From: a virus
DNA length: 64,000 nucleotides
IMG/VR virus record: IMGVR_UViG_3300035698_027961
Coordinates: 15,312-79,311 of that record
Strand: one strand, 5' to 3'
Positions 47,181 to 57,645 of the stretch are shown here, in pieces. A model generated the notes under the pieces. It did not search any database. It worked only from the letters and a program-made list of their open reading frames with translations, and was not told where the DNA came from. Every line of letters starts with the position of its first letter. Position 1 is the first letter of the stretch. Both the position numbers and the translations under genes were made by a program.

Positions 47181-47225
47181 GGCTTTGGCTCACCTCATAC
47201 TATTTTACTAAAATAATAGAATGAG

Positions 47226-49109
47226 CTAGGTTAAAGGTTCTTCATTTTTAAGATCGGAGATAAATAAATTATAACCATCTATAATTAATTGAGTGAGCTC
47301 TTCAATAGCCTCTGCTGCATCTTTCTTTGTAGCATCGGCAGGTAGCAAGCCTGAAAACTCTCCAGACTTTATTTTTTCAAACTGCTCTTTTGATAGCAGG
47401 CCCAAAAGGCTGTTCTCTGATATTGTGAATAGCGCTAGAGAAAATACTGCGACATCAATAGTACCTATACCAATATCAACACCAAGTACTGTATTTATAG
47501 ATTGAGCTAGGCCATCTATCTGAATGCCGGATAGGCTCTCTCTTGAAACCTTAAGCTGTCTTTCTTGTTCAATTAATCTTTTTCTCGGAACATCTATTAT
47601 GTTTACCAGGCCGCCCATCATATGAGAATTTTTTATTCCAGAATTTCTCTGTGTCTGAGACTGAAGATCTAAAGCTTCAGAGTTATCTGCAAGTAAAAAC
47701 ATAATAGAATCTTCAATTAGCCTCTGTTCATTAATTGAGGATTCTTTAATATCATTAACCTTACCTTTGCTCAGGTTACTAAGGTTGAGCACCCTTTGCT
47801 CCCGATTATCCATCGGGCTACTTAAACTTTCATTTTCTTGCTCATAGCTAATTTTAGTCTTATATATTTGATCATTTTGAACAAACTTCTTTTTAGTCTT
47901 CTCTAACTCATCGATAATATTGTCTATGTCATTATACATCTTATAGGCCAAACCCTTAATGGCGCTTCTTAGTCTAAGAATAAATAATGATTCCAGTACC
48001 CCATAGCTATCAGTGTTTATTTCAGTGCTAACATCGGAAGTTCCGACCAGCTCTCGAAATACCCCTCTTCTTCCGGCGGAAGAGTCTTCAAATATAGTAT
48101 CTGTTCCGCTAACTTTGTCTAGACGAATTCTGATGACCGACTCTAATAGTGTGGGCTTGACTTCGTTATTATTAACCTTTCTAACCCTAGGGTTAGAAAA
48201 TGGTGGTGCCACCATTTTGCTTGGCTCATTAATTGCGGAAGCTATTTCTATATCCTGTATTGGCGGAATAAGTAAATATGAAAACTTCCAGAGATCGTCC
48301 TCTATTGCGTCTATCTTGGCACTAAAGCCGCTCGCATCAATCTGGCTAAATATTAGATCGACAAAATCTTTATCTATTATAGTTCCTGTTACTGGGTTTA
48401 TGTAGCCAGTCTCTTCTTCGTTTAAAGTTATGATCTCAACTTCAATAGTTAGTGGGCTTCCATCTGTATTTAGAACTATATCGTTTTCTTCATCATATGG
48501 CAGCCCTAATAGGGTCGCCCTCTGAAAGTTTGACAGAACTCTGATATTTCTACCAAGCAATGCAATATTATCTTCCTGTATATTATAAATGTTGGTATCT
48601 ATCACTATCCTTCTAGAGTCTTTCTTAACCTTTCTCTCTCTAAGAATAGTTCTCTCCACTTCAGCAAAGGTGGCCTTATATGGAAGTCCAGTCACTGGGT
48701 CTACCACCGTCATCTCTGTAGATTTTCTAATCTCATTATCTTGAGAATTTTTTGCAAACTCCGATGTACCAACTGATGGCATTCCAAGCATTCTCATGAA
48801 TGTATTTTCATATGGCTCTATATTGGCAAACTCATTGGCAACATCGACTGAAAATCTATTTTCAACATCCCTATCGATAAAAAAGGTCACCGGAAGGTAG
48901 CTCGATCTCATATTTCTAATTGTCTTAGTTATATCGACAAATTGTTTTATAACATCAGATGTTGATGCGTCTAGCTTATATGCCTCGGCCAAGGTCTTTT
49001 CGTTTAAAAACCTATTAGCATCGTCACCCTCTGACGGCTCCTGATCGCCAAAGACATCGTTAAGTCTGGCTTGAGCCTGAGCAATTTTTGTATTAAGGCT
49101 TTTTGGCAT
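47226..49109 (-). CDS. hypothetical probable virion protein (627 aa)
   Basis: Located inside the baseplate gene block; no motif recognised. Confidence 0.6.
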   Translation of the reverse strand: MPKSLNTKIAQAQARLNDVFGDQEPSEGDDANRFLNEKTLAEAYKLDASTSDVIKQFVDITKTIRNMRSSYLPVTFFIDRDVENRFSVDVANEFANIEPYENTFMRMLGMPSVGTSEFAKNSQDNEIRKSTEMTVVDPVTGLPYKATFAEVERTILRERKVKKDSRRIVIDTNIYNIQEDNIALLGRNIRVLSNFQRATLLGLPYDEENDIVLNTDGSPLTIEVEIITLNEEETGYINPVTGTIIDKDFVDLIFSQIDASGFSAKIDAIEDDLWKFSYLLIPPIQDIEIASAINEPSKMVAPPFSNPRVRKVNNNEVKPTLLESVIRIRLDKVSGTDTIFEDSSAGRRGVFRELVGTSDVSTEINTDSYGVLESLFILRLRSAIKGLAYKMYNDIDNIIDELEKTKKKFVQNDQIYKTKISYEQENESLSSPMDNREQRVLNLSNLSKGKVNDIKESSINEQRLIEDSIMFLLADNSEALDLQSQTQRNSGIKNSHMMGGLVNIIDVPRKRLIEQERQLKVSRESLSGIQIDGLAQSINTVLGVDIGIGTIDVAVFSLALFTISENSLLGLLSKEQFEKIKSGEFSGLLPADATKKDAAEAIEELTQLIIDGYNLFISDLKNEEPLT

Positions 49110-52100
49110 TAGTTCTCCATTGACGAACCGAACACCTGAGGATCGGTAACAGGTAGCGATGATACATCATTATTAGTTAGTATTTTCGCAGAACCCTGCT
49201 GGCCACCTACAAAGAATATGCTGATAATTCTATCGATCTTTTGAAGAGCGCCAAATGGAGTTACTGCCGGGGTTCCGGATGGAAGCATATCATCAACGCA
49301 GTCTATCCTGCTATTGTCTAGGTTGGAATTCAGGCCTGCGAATGTAATAGCCTGAATAGTTCTGTCGCATACCTTTGCCCGAAGCCTGACCTCGCCTAGA
49401 CCATTTGATTTTACCCTAGCGAAATAAGAAGTTCCATTTTTATTGAAAGAATTTCCTAACGAATCTAATATAATTTCTGCTGACCCCGTCTGGTCTGAAA
49501 TTATGGTAAGTTCTATTTTGCTCGAAAAATCTCCAAACAAGAATTCATCAAAATTATCTCTCAGTATAACTTCTATAGTTGCTTCGCTACCCAGCGGTAT
49601 CTCTGCACTGTCACCTATACCAGCCGCAAACTCTCTAGCTCCCGTGAATGCCGGACCGGACTCTTCGAAGCCCTCTAGGGCCTCCTCACCTGTATCTATC
49701 GGCGGAGCATCAGATCTTGGTGTCAGATCGTCATCCCCCAGGACCTTAAATGATGAGTTTAGGCTTGAGACAGCGTATTTACAGATATTATCAGCTGCGT
49801 CTTCAAAGCATTCAGTTGCTGTTTTAACATTTTTCTGAAGAGTATCTATATCTATCTCTTTTAATGAGCTTATGCCAATTTGAGAACTTCTTCTAACTTC
49901 AGAAACCTGCTCGCGGATACTATTTATGAAGGTGCTTAAACATTCCTGTGACCCATCCACTATATCTGTTATATCCTCAATATTATTCCCCTCAAATGGA
50001 AAGCTATTTATCGAAGCCGTGGAGCAAAACTGCTCTAGTTGCTCCGAAGCCTGCCTCATGTCAAAGAAGTATAGCTGAGGAAAATCAAATATCTTTATGG
50101 TATCTCCGTTGTCGTCTCCGTCTACATCTCCATCACCATTAGTATCTATTTCAGCCTCTTCTCTTGAAAACTTCATCTTTGGAGCTGAAGGCATATTTGC
50201 AATTTCAGCAATAATTTCAGAAACACTGCCGTCTGAGCCAAACTTGATTCCATTGTCCTTTACGAAATAAACATTAAAGTTATCATCCATCATAACCATC
50301 ATTGGTATGTTATCAAATGTTCTTGACACCACTTCTGTTCCGCTCTGCAATGGAACGCCAGTAGTTGGGTCAGTGGTTATAATTGGAATATTTAGATCAA
50401 CGACCAACGACTTAACACTGGCCGTATTCCCAGTTATATTAAGAAAGCTCTTTCCATCTATAGGGCTGAATATATTTCCATTTTCTGTAATAACTAATTG
50501 ATTATTGGTTTGCTCAAAGAAGAACAATGGCGCATCAATTGTTTGGTTCGGATCGATATTTTTTTCATTCAACGCGGTGCTTTTCGCTCTATTGTTAAAA
50601 TTAAATTTTACCTGCCTTGATTTTCTACCAGGCTTAGTGCTCTTGGTAAATGTAGGGGCCATGGTTATATTAAAATTAACGCCATTGCTTCCAGATGCCG
50701 TTGAGCGAAGCGAATCTTCGTCGATACTTAATGAATCTAGAAATCCAGATACGCCTAAGATTGCGGCAATATTTCCGGGGTTAGCCTCAGTTGCGCCCCT
50801 AGTCGAACCGTCATTTGAAACTATATAATCCTGAGCTACTGGCAACAAAGTTGAAAAATCAATATCATCATTTTCTGGAGATACTATTCCGGCAACAATT
50901 CCGGCTAGCATGGTTCCGTCGACTCCACAGTCTGACTGCCCATCTCCGGGGTTTACGGAGCATGGAAACCTAAAGGTTAGCTGAAGCAGCTGCAAGAATA
51001 TCGATATAATCGAAGCGACCGGCTCAAAAACCTGAAGGTCTGCGTCTATATCAAATAAGTACTCGGACAGCCTTTCTTCGAGCGATTTCAGAGCAGCAAA
51101 ATTTATCGGCTTTTTGCCCGCAACATTTATTGCTCTAATTATCTCATTGATTCCTGTAACAGTAAATAATACCTTATCAACTATGCATTGTATTAGCTCT
51201 AAAAGATGAAGAATTAGCTGCAAAAACATAACTGGTATAGAGAGCTGAGGAAGAATTAATATTAAATCATAAAGACACTGAAATAGCCTAACAACGGCTC
51301 TGGCAATTTTAATTGGATTGAGGAGCGAGCAGATTACATCAATAATACAGAAGATAACCTGTACTGGAGTCATAAGGACTCTGAATCCATTTAACGATAC
51401 CTTTAGCTCAGCAAGCAAGTGAAATGACAGGTCGCAAAAGGATCTAATCAGATCCTTGGGAACATTTGCCTTGTCTAGAATAACGCTGATAAACCTTAGT
51501 GGGTTATCGGAAAGCCTATCAGTTATCTTGGATATATCTGGAACCTTATCTTTTAGATTTCCAATTAACAGGCCTGTCTCTATTTTCTCCAGCTCTGCAA
51601 CATAACTTCTATTTAGCTGGTCTCCGGCCCTAAGTCTATCTGAGTTTTCATCAGATGCGCATATTGTTAGGCAGTTATTTTCAGATACTATAATACCATT
51701 TAAGCCATCAGGTGCCTCTATAATGGCTTTATATACGCCATTTGAGACTTCATCAACTTTAGATGGTCTAACCTCTAAATCATTAATCTTAATAATAAAC
51801 TCTTTCTCTCCGCCCTCGACTACAACTTCGTATTTTTTACCAGATTCTAGCTCAATCTTTCTTCCTGAAGAGATAATTATAGGCTCTGTGCCAATCTCGT
51901 TAATTGAAACAACCTGAGAGACGTTGTATTTAATTGTAGCAAGCTTTCTAATTGAGGAATTTAGAAATAGAAGTGTTGAATTTAGTGAATTACTATGAAG
52001 ATATCTTCCTGGTGGGAATATTGTTCCAATGGGAATCTTTAAAAAGTTTTTAGCTAAGGCGTTAATTCCGGTAGTTTCCATTACCGAAATTAGAAGATCT

Positions 52101-55100
52101 TCTTTGCCGTCATTTATTGTGATGTTGCTGGTCGATCTTATTGCAACTGGCGAAAAGGTTCCGTACTCTAGCTCGAAGGCACTTGGTTTAAAAACTAGGC
52201 CATTTCTAGTAGATACCGGAAATAGCGAATCTATTAGATTATCTGAATCGCCAATAATTCCGGAGTTAAAGTCAAGCCTCTCTATAAAATCAGAAATATT
52301 GGAAGTTAGTGCCTCTGGCTCTATAGGCTCATCGAGTAAAAATGATTTATCATCCAGAAGATTTAGCGAGTCTTTTATTATAGCAGTTATCTGGCCGGTA
52401 TATTCTTCGCTAGAATAATTACGTCCAAAAATTCTCTCTCGTTTAAATGTGGTTATATCCAGAAAGCCCTTCTGCCGGGAGGAAACATTATCAAACACAA
52501 ATAATATTTCATTTCTTCCAACCATTTCTGGTTTTGAGGCAAGCTTATTCATAATAGATTTGCCAGCAAATCTTATATCGTATCTCTTATCTAGCCTCTT
52601 TTCTTCGATGCCGGAAACAATTACTGCAAGCCTTGGTATAGAGCCTCTAGTTGATATTTCACCAACTCTATCTATAGGCTCAGAAAACACCCCGGATAGG
52701 CCCTGCCTGTCACTAGGAGGAAATGTAGAAACCCTACTTCCTGAAATTTCAGCAGCTAATCCTAAAACATTTGACGGAGGTATAAATGCGTAATTATTGT
52801 CATCCCCAATCTCAATAAAATCATAATTACTTTCATCTTCTTCAAAAGTAATTGTCCTGTTCTGACCAAGCAGCTCTGATATCCTTCTATTTGTAAATAC
52901 CAAATAGGCTCTTCCTATGCCTTCCAACCTAGAAAAGTTATATCCGGAATACTTTCGACCTGGGAAATTTATGGTTGCATTTTTAGCGCTTAATAGTTCT
53001 CCTCCGAAGTCTCCATTTGGTGACTTTTCGAAAGTATATTCTATATCCATGGCGAGCAACAAATCTGTTGGCAAGCTTGGGGCAGAAACCGAAGCTATTC
53101 TATCAGGAAAGCAAAAGTCCTGCATAACCTTCAGGTCTTCTTCCGTATTTGATAATGCTAAATACGCATAAACATTTCTCTTGCCCGTAAATATTCTAGT
53201 GGATGATTTCAGTCTTAGTCTGGCACTGCGCCCGTCCTTGAATAATGGGACTCCGTAGATAGAAGGGCCACTAAAGTCCCTTGGTTTAATTTCGGATCCT
53301 CTAAACTTAACTAAGCTGGGTACTCTTGGCGACGGTGATACATCTGGTGACGATATTGATATCGGGAAAATCTGAGAAATAAGATTAGAATTGAAACCCT
53401 CAATAATAATCTCCCAGCCTCCTGTTGATAGTCCAATTTGAGACATCTGACCTATAACAAAATCAATAGTTATTTCTTCATTACTTCTTATGATTGCAGG
53501 GCCGACATCTCTTCTTAATGGCAAGGTAATAATCAATCCGGAGTCATTTTCTAAAATTACCTTAACTGCGGAATCAAAGTTATCACCACTGATTGATATA
53601 AGAGTTCTATCATCTAGGACTATAGCTGTAACATCATTAAACCCCTCCGGCGTAACTGCAACCACAGATGGTGCAGGAGCGGAGAGTCTAATTATTGGGC
53701 CTGATACACGCACCACCTGACCAACAGTGTCACGAGCGTATACAGCGTAACCTATAGAGCCACTAACTGCGCTTATATCTATGCCGCTAAAGTTGTCAGG
53801 TGAAAATTCAGCAATAAGTAAGTCTCCGGATTCCGTTAGCAATGCCTTAGGCCACATGGAAGGCACGGAATCATATATCTTTGGATAAACTGAAGATAAA
53901 ATCTCTATTGCTGCGGATGAAGATATATTAAAGTACTTTCTATTGTTTCGCTCAGTAGTTCTTCCTAATGACGAAGACATAACAACTTCGGGCCTATTCA
54001 TCTCTCCAAAGTATATTGCGGAGTTTATATTTCCTATATACGGAAACTCATTGCCTGTATTTTGTTTTGAAAAATACTTAGGTATCGAATTATAAAGAAC
54101 AAGTGATTCGCTTGATGATGGGGAGCTGGCCTCATTGATATATGGAGTTCTCATAAATCCACTTTGAATTGGATTTGTTAGAACCGGAACCGTAAATATT
54201 TCTAGGTTATCACTATATGTATCGATTGGCCTGCGCGGCAAAATCTGGGAGGATGGTGATAGGTTATTTATTACAGGTGATAAATAAATTTCCATCTGTT
54301 CATTGGTGTCAGATTCTAAGGCTACTACTAACGGCTTTCCGGGAGAGAACTCCTCCTCCTGCTCCCCTGATAAGGTTAATGAGGGTGGCATTTTGAATTC
54401 GCCTACATCTATCTTCAACCTACTTAAAGTTGAATTAATCATAACCTCTAAAAATATTTCAGAGTCGTTAGTTATAATATCAGCTTTATCTCCAGAAAGG
54501 TCTCTGCCAGATAGATCAGGCATCTTGATATATATTCTGCCATCAAGAATGGTATAGTACCCTCCCAGAACCGGGGAGCTCCTTCTAGAAAGAAGGTCTC
54601 TACTTGAGATATTTATAACCGGAAAGAATTCTAAGGCTAGATCGACTATGCTGGCCCGCTGGGGATCGATTTCCGGGCTAGGGGTACCCAAAGATATAGA
54701 CCTTCTAATCTCATCAGCCATACTCTTTAGCTCAGAAAATCTTCTTCCCGATATACCAACGGCATCCGAAAGTGCATCATTATTGCTTAATATATTACCT
54801 AATGCTGAAGAGAATGACTCAGCAGGTATGTATCTGAAATCAACCAGCCTTATTAAGTCGGAATTCATCAAGCCGTCTTTTACTGAACTAGAATCTTCAC
54901 CTTTAAATACAGAGAAATATATAAAAGGAGATCTTATTTTAGAATCTTCATTTTTAATCTTAATATTTCTCTTTGCTATATCAAATAAAGAGCCACTAAT
55001 TAGCCTTCTTGCATTATTAAGATCTGCAATATTATTTTGAAAAGACCTTCCCGATAGTGAGTTAGTACCTTTTGCCAATATTCTGGATATGCTGTCAGAT

Positions 55101-55300
55101 GGTTTAAACTTAAGACCTGTTCCGAAGCTTATAACTGCACCACCAGCCATAGGTAGTATTTGATAATCCCTAGGAAACTCTATCTTAATCTTAGTGTCAA
55201 ATTTAGAAGCAATAATACCACCGGGCTCACAGCTTAAATCTACTGGAGCCTGACACGCCTCTTCTTTTTGTGGCTCTATTACTGATGAAACTATTGACAT
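49109..55300 (-). CDS. large probable virion protein (2063 aa) with Ig/IPT-like segments, a Cys-rich hydrophobic helical region and an EF-hand-like loop
   Basis: P.V.AVTP..ISISGDNF..A..V IPT-like pattern; long apolar stretch PVQVIFCIIDVICSLL...; DTNGDGDVD. Confidence 0.6.
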   Translation of the reverse strand: MSIVSSVIEPQKEEACQAPVDLSCEPGGIIASKFDTKIKIEFPRDYQILPMAGGAVISFGTGLKFKPSDSISRILAKGTNSLSGRSFQNNIADLNNARRLISGSLFDIAKRNIKIKNEDSKIRSPFIYFSVFKGEDSSSVKDGLMNSDLIRLVDFRYIPAESFSSALGNILSNNDALSDAVGISGRRFSELKSMADEIRRSISLGTPSPEIDPQRASIVDLALEFFPVINISSRDLLSRRSSPVLGGYYTILDGRIYIKMPDLSGRDLSGDKADIITNDSEIFLEVMINSTLSRLKIDVGEFKMPPSLTLSGEQEEEFSPGKPLVVALESDTNEQMEIYLSPVINNLSPSSQILPRRPIDTYSDNLEIFTVPVLTNPIQSGFMRTPYINEASSPSSSESLVLYNSIPKYFSKQNTGNEFPYIGNINSAIYFGEMNRPEVVMSSSLGRTTERNNRKYFNISSSAAIEILSSVYPKIYDSVPSMWPKALLTESGDLLIAEFSPDNFSGIDISAVSGSIGYAVYARDTVGQVVRVSGPIIRLSAPAPSVVAVTPEGFNDVTAIVLDDRTLISISGDNFDSAVKVILENDSGLIITLPLRRDVGPAIIRSNEEITIDFVIGQMSQIGLSTGGWEIIIEGFNSNLISQIFPISISSPDVSPSPRVPSLVKFRGSEIKPRDFSGPSIYGVPLFKDGRSARLRLKSSTRIFTGKRNVYAYLALSNTEEDLKVMQDFCFPDRIASVSAPSLPTDLLLAMDIEYTFEKSPNGDFGGELLSAKNATINFPGRKYSGYNFSRLEGIGRAYLVFTNRRISELLGQNRTITFEEDESNYDFIEIGDDNNYAFIPPSNVLGLAAEISGSRVSTFPPSDRQGLSGVFSEPIDRVGEISTRGSIPRLAVIVSGIEEKRLDKRYDIRFAGKSIMNKLASKPEMVGRNEILFVFDNVSSRQKGFLDITTFKRERIFGRNYSSEEYTGQITAIIKDSLNLLDDKSFLLDEPIEPEALTSNISDFIERLDFNSGIIGDSDNLIDSLFPVSTRNGLVFKPSAFELEYGTFSPVAIRSTSNITINDGKEDLLISVMETTGINALAKNFLKIPIGTIFPPGRYLHSNSLNSTLLFLNSSIRKLATIKYNVSQVVSINEIGTEPIIISSGRKIELESGKKYEVVVEGGEKEFIIKINDLEVRPSKVDEVSNGVYKAIIEAPDGLNGIIVSENNCLTICASDENSDRLRAGDQLNRSYVAELEKIETGLLIGNLKDKVPDISKITDRLSDNPLRFISVILDKANVPKDLIRSFCDLSFHLLAELKVSLNGFRVLMTPVQVIFCIIDVICSLLNPIKIARAVVRLFQCLYDLILILPQLSIPVMFLQLILHLLELIQCIVDKVLFTVTGINEIIRAINVAGKKPINFAALKSLEERLSEYLFDIDADLQVFEPVASIISIFLQLLQLTFRFPCSVNPGDGQSDCGVDGTMLAGIVAGIVSPENDDIDFSTLLPVAQDYIVSNDGSTRGATEANPGNIAAILGVSGFLDSLSIDEDSLRSTASGSNGVNFNITMAPTFTKSTKPGRKSRQVKFNFNNRAKSTALNEKNIDPNQTIDAPLFFFEQTNNQLVITENGNIFSPIDGKSFLNITGNTASVKSLVVDLNIPIITTDPTTGVPLQSGTEVVSRTFDNIPMMVMMDDNFNVYFVKDNGIKFGSDGSVSEIIAEIANMPSAPKMKFSREEAEIDTNGDGDVDGDDNGDTIKIFDFPQLYFFDMRQASEQLEQFCSTASINSFPFEGNNIEDITDIVDGSQECLSTFINSIREQVSEVRRSSQIGISSLKEIDIDTLQKNVKTATECFEDAADNICKYAVSSLNSSFKVLGDDDLTPRSDAPPIDTGEEALEGFEESGPAFTGAREFAAGIGDSAEIPLGSEATIEVILRDNFDEFLFGDFSSKIELTIISDQTGSAEIILDSLGNSFNKNGTSYFARVKSNGLGEVRLRAKVCDRTIQAITFAGLNSNLDNSRIDCVDDMLPSGTPAVTPFGALQKIDRIISIFFVGGQQGSAKILTNNDVSSLPVTDPQVFGSSMEN

Positions 55301-57645
55301 TAACTATTCCTTGTTGGTGGTTTGATAACCGACATAGCACCCTTGGGGTCTACTATTTTTACCTGAACACCTTTTAATGTTACATCACTAGAGGAGCTCT
55401 CTATTAATATAGGGCCGTCATTTCTAAATATCATTGGTGCGGCTTTCTTCATTCCGGCTATAACTATACCGTTTTCGCTAATAGAAATAATGAAATCTGA
55501 TTCTGAGCCCGGATTTAAATTTTGATTAGAATCATCTTCTCTATTATACTGTGTCGCCGTAAAACCCTTGTCAGTTACATTAACCCTTAACTCAAACCTT
55601 CCCTTATTCATAACTGGCTGCTCCGTATCCTGACCCTCATAAGAACCTCCAAGGTTCAACAGAAAGTCACCATCAGTCTGGCCAATAAAACTTCTGCCGT
55701 TTCGGTCCTTACCCATCCAGGCAACTACAGATCCTTCCGTGTCAAGCGTTATACTCTTTTGATCGTAATTATCTTTACCAACTGATGTCTCAACCGAGCC
55801 CTCTATATTAGCGTGAATGCTCCTGCCACCTACCGGCCTGGCCTCCTCATCACCGGCATTAATATCCGCAGCTACCTCATCACCATTAACTCTAGAGCTA
55901 AAAGCATTAGAATATGGCGGGTTTAATTCCTCATCAGTGTATAACCTTCCTGCGACAAGCGTTCCAATTCCGTTTCCGTCCTCTCCGCCACCAGGATATA
56001 CTGCAGGATTTCCGGGCTCTACCGCAATAACGCTCATATAACTTGGAAAATCAGAACCGCCATTCTCAAAAAATGAAGATAGCTCTTTACCTTCATTTAC
56101 GCCCAGGGAGCTTGGGATTGGAACTTCAAAGGGCCTAGATACCGCCATTCCCTCAGGAAAGCCATCCGGACTAGCGAATCTTTCAGGTATATTGACTAAT
56201 CTGATGGTGTTTGCAATTAATCTTTCAGCAGTGGCATACATATTATGGTGCTTTGTTGAATTTACTCTAACCTCATTTACTACGCCATCGGTATCAGTTG
56301 GAAAGTATGGGGATTCACCATCGACCGCATATCTTATACCCGTCTTTCTATAAGTGTAGCCCTGAGATCCCTTGCCCGGAAATACAGCCTGGCCCGTCTC
56401 ATCTCTTAGCGTTACCGGTATTTGCTCTATAACTGAGGAGTTAAGATATGAAACTTCTACGTTATCTTGATTGCCAATATAATTTGCGTTTGAAACAAAA
56501 GGTATATTACCGGTATCACTAGATGAAGGTATGTTAATCTTAAGAAGGCCTTCTTTGTCTAGGTCAAATACGAAGTTAGACTTAGACTCACTTAAGTCGG
56601 AACTTTTGGTATTTGTAGAAAGCTGAAAATGATATCCAACACCCCTCCTGGATATTCTTCTGGCTCTATCATAGTTTATATCGATATCGCTTCTTGGAAC
56701 TCTATTTCCATCACTATATGATAAAGGTCGGTAGTTGATGTCTAAAACATTGCCATTTATATCAACTAAGTTTCCGCCAATTACTTCAATTAGTTCATGT
56801 TCAGCTAAATGTAGGGTGTTTCCCTGCTCCCTATTTCTTCTGAAGGTTTCTGAATTATCGTACATTCCTATGGAGCCGTCGACTCTTTGGGCTTCATCAT
56901 CAAAGCCTGTGAACATCGAATCGGATGAGAACTCATTAATTACCATTCTATATTCAGATATTTCAGGATTTCTCTTTCTTGAGCGGTAGCTTCTTTTCAT
57001 TGGAATTTCTGATAAGAAAAAACCTTTTGATTTCGCATTCTTGGCATAATCGGGATCTGCAAATAGCGGAATCTCAGATATATCTGGAGATGGATATAGG
57101 TTTCTAATCGCCCCAGACATTCTTCTTACCGGGCCGGATACGACCCTGCCGGCACTAGAGTACTGAATTATATCTGACGAGGTATTTAGCATTGAAGTTC
57201 TTCCATCAATCTTTTTGATGTAAGTTCCGCCACCATTAACCCCCTTAATGGATATGTCTCCAGTTCCGAGTAAAGATATTTCAGCGCCCCGATCACCTCG
57301 AAGATATAAGTCCCCCTCTTTTACATTAGGATATGGAATAGTTCCGCTGGGTGTATCAGTAGGTTTCCTTCTAAGAAAGAAGTTTGAATATAGATTATTT
57401 TTAGGTATCAGACCCGAGATAACAGTAACTTCTCTGCCACGAACTGACGTAAATAAAGCGAGAACTCTAGTTCCTACGTTGATTCCACAAAAAATTCCAA
57501 AGTTTCCATTTCCCGCAAAATGAGGAATAGGAACATCATTAATAGTTGAATCGCTATTGGCATCAATAGGGCTTATTGAGCAGGTTCCAGAGTTATGATC
57601 AATTCTAGATATTATTGCTTCAAATATTTGGTCTGATGGAAACAT
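55300..57645 (-). CDS. putative baseplate central spike (gpV/gp5-like)
   Basis: N-terminal OB-fold-like segment (AIISRID...DVPIP...G.RVL), EGD.YL, beta-repeat C-terminus; directly after the hub gene. Confidence 0.6.
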   Translation of the reverse strand: MFPSDQIFEAIISRIDHNSGTCSISPIDANSDSTINDVPIPHFAGNGNFGIFCGINVGTRVLALFTSVRGREVTVISGLIPKNNLYSNFFLRRKPTDTPSGTIPYPNVKEGDLYLRGDRGAEISLLGTGDISIKGVNGGGTYIKKIDGRTSMLNTSSDIIQYSSAGRVVSGPVRRMSGAIRNLYPSPDISEIPLFADPDYAKNAKSKGFFLSEIPMKRSYRSRKRNPEISEYRMVINEFSSDSMFTGFDDEAQRVDGSIGMYDNSETFRRNREQGNTLHLAEHELIEVIGGNLVDINGNVLDINYRPLSYSDGNRVPRSDIDINYDRARRISRRGVGYHFQLSTNTKSSDLSESKSNFVFDLDKEGLLKINIPSSSDTGNIPFVSNANYIGNQDNVEVSYLNSSVIEQIPVTLRDETGQAVFPGKGSQGYTYRKTGIRYAVDGESPYFPTDTDGVVNEVRVNSTKHHNMYATAERLIANTIRLVNIPERFASPDGFPEGMAVSRPFEVPIPSSLGVNEGKELSSFFENGGSDFPSYMSVIAVEPGNPAVYPGGGEDGNGIGTLVAGRLYTDEELNPPYSNAFSSRVNGDEVAADINAGDEEARPVGGRSIHANIEGSVETSVGKDNYDQKSITLDTEGSVVAWMGKDRNGRSFIGQTDGDFLLNLGGSYEGQDTEQPVMNKGRFELRVNVTDKGFTATQYNREDDSNQNLNPGSESDFIISISENGIVIAGMKKAAPMIFRNDGPILIESSSSDVTLKGVQVKIVDPKGAMSVIKPPTRNS

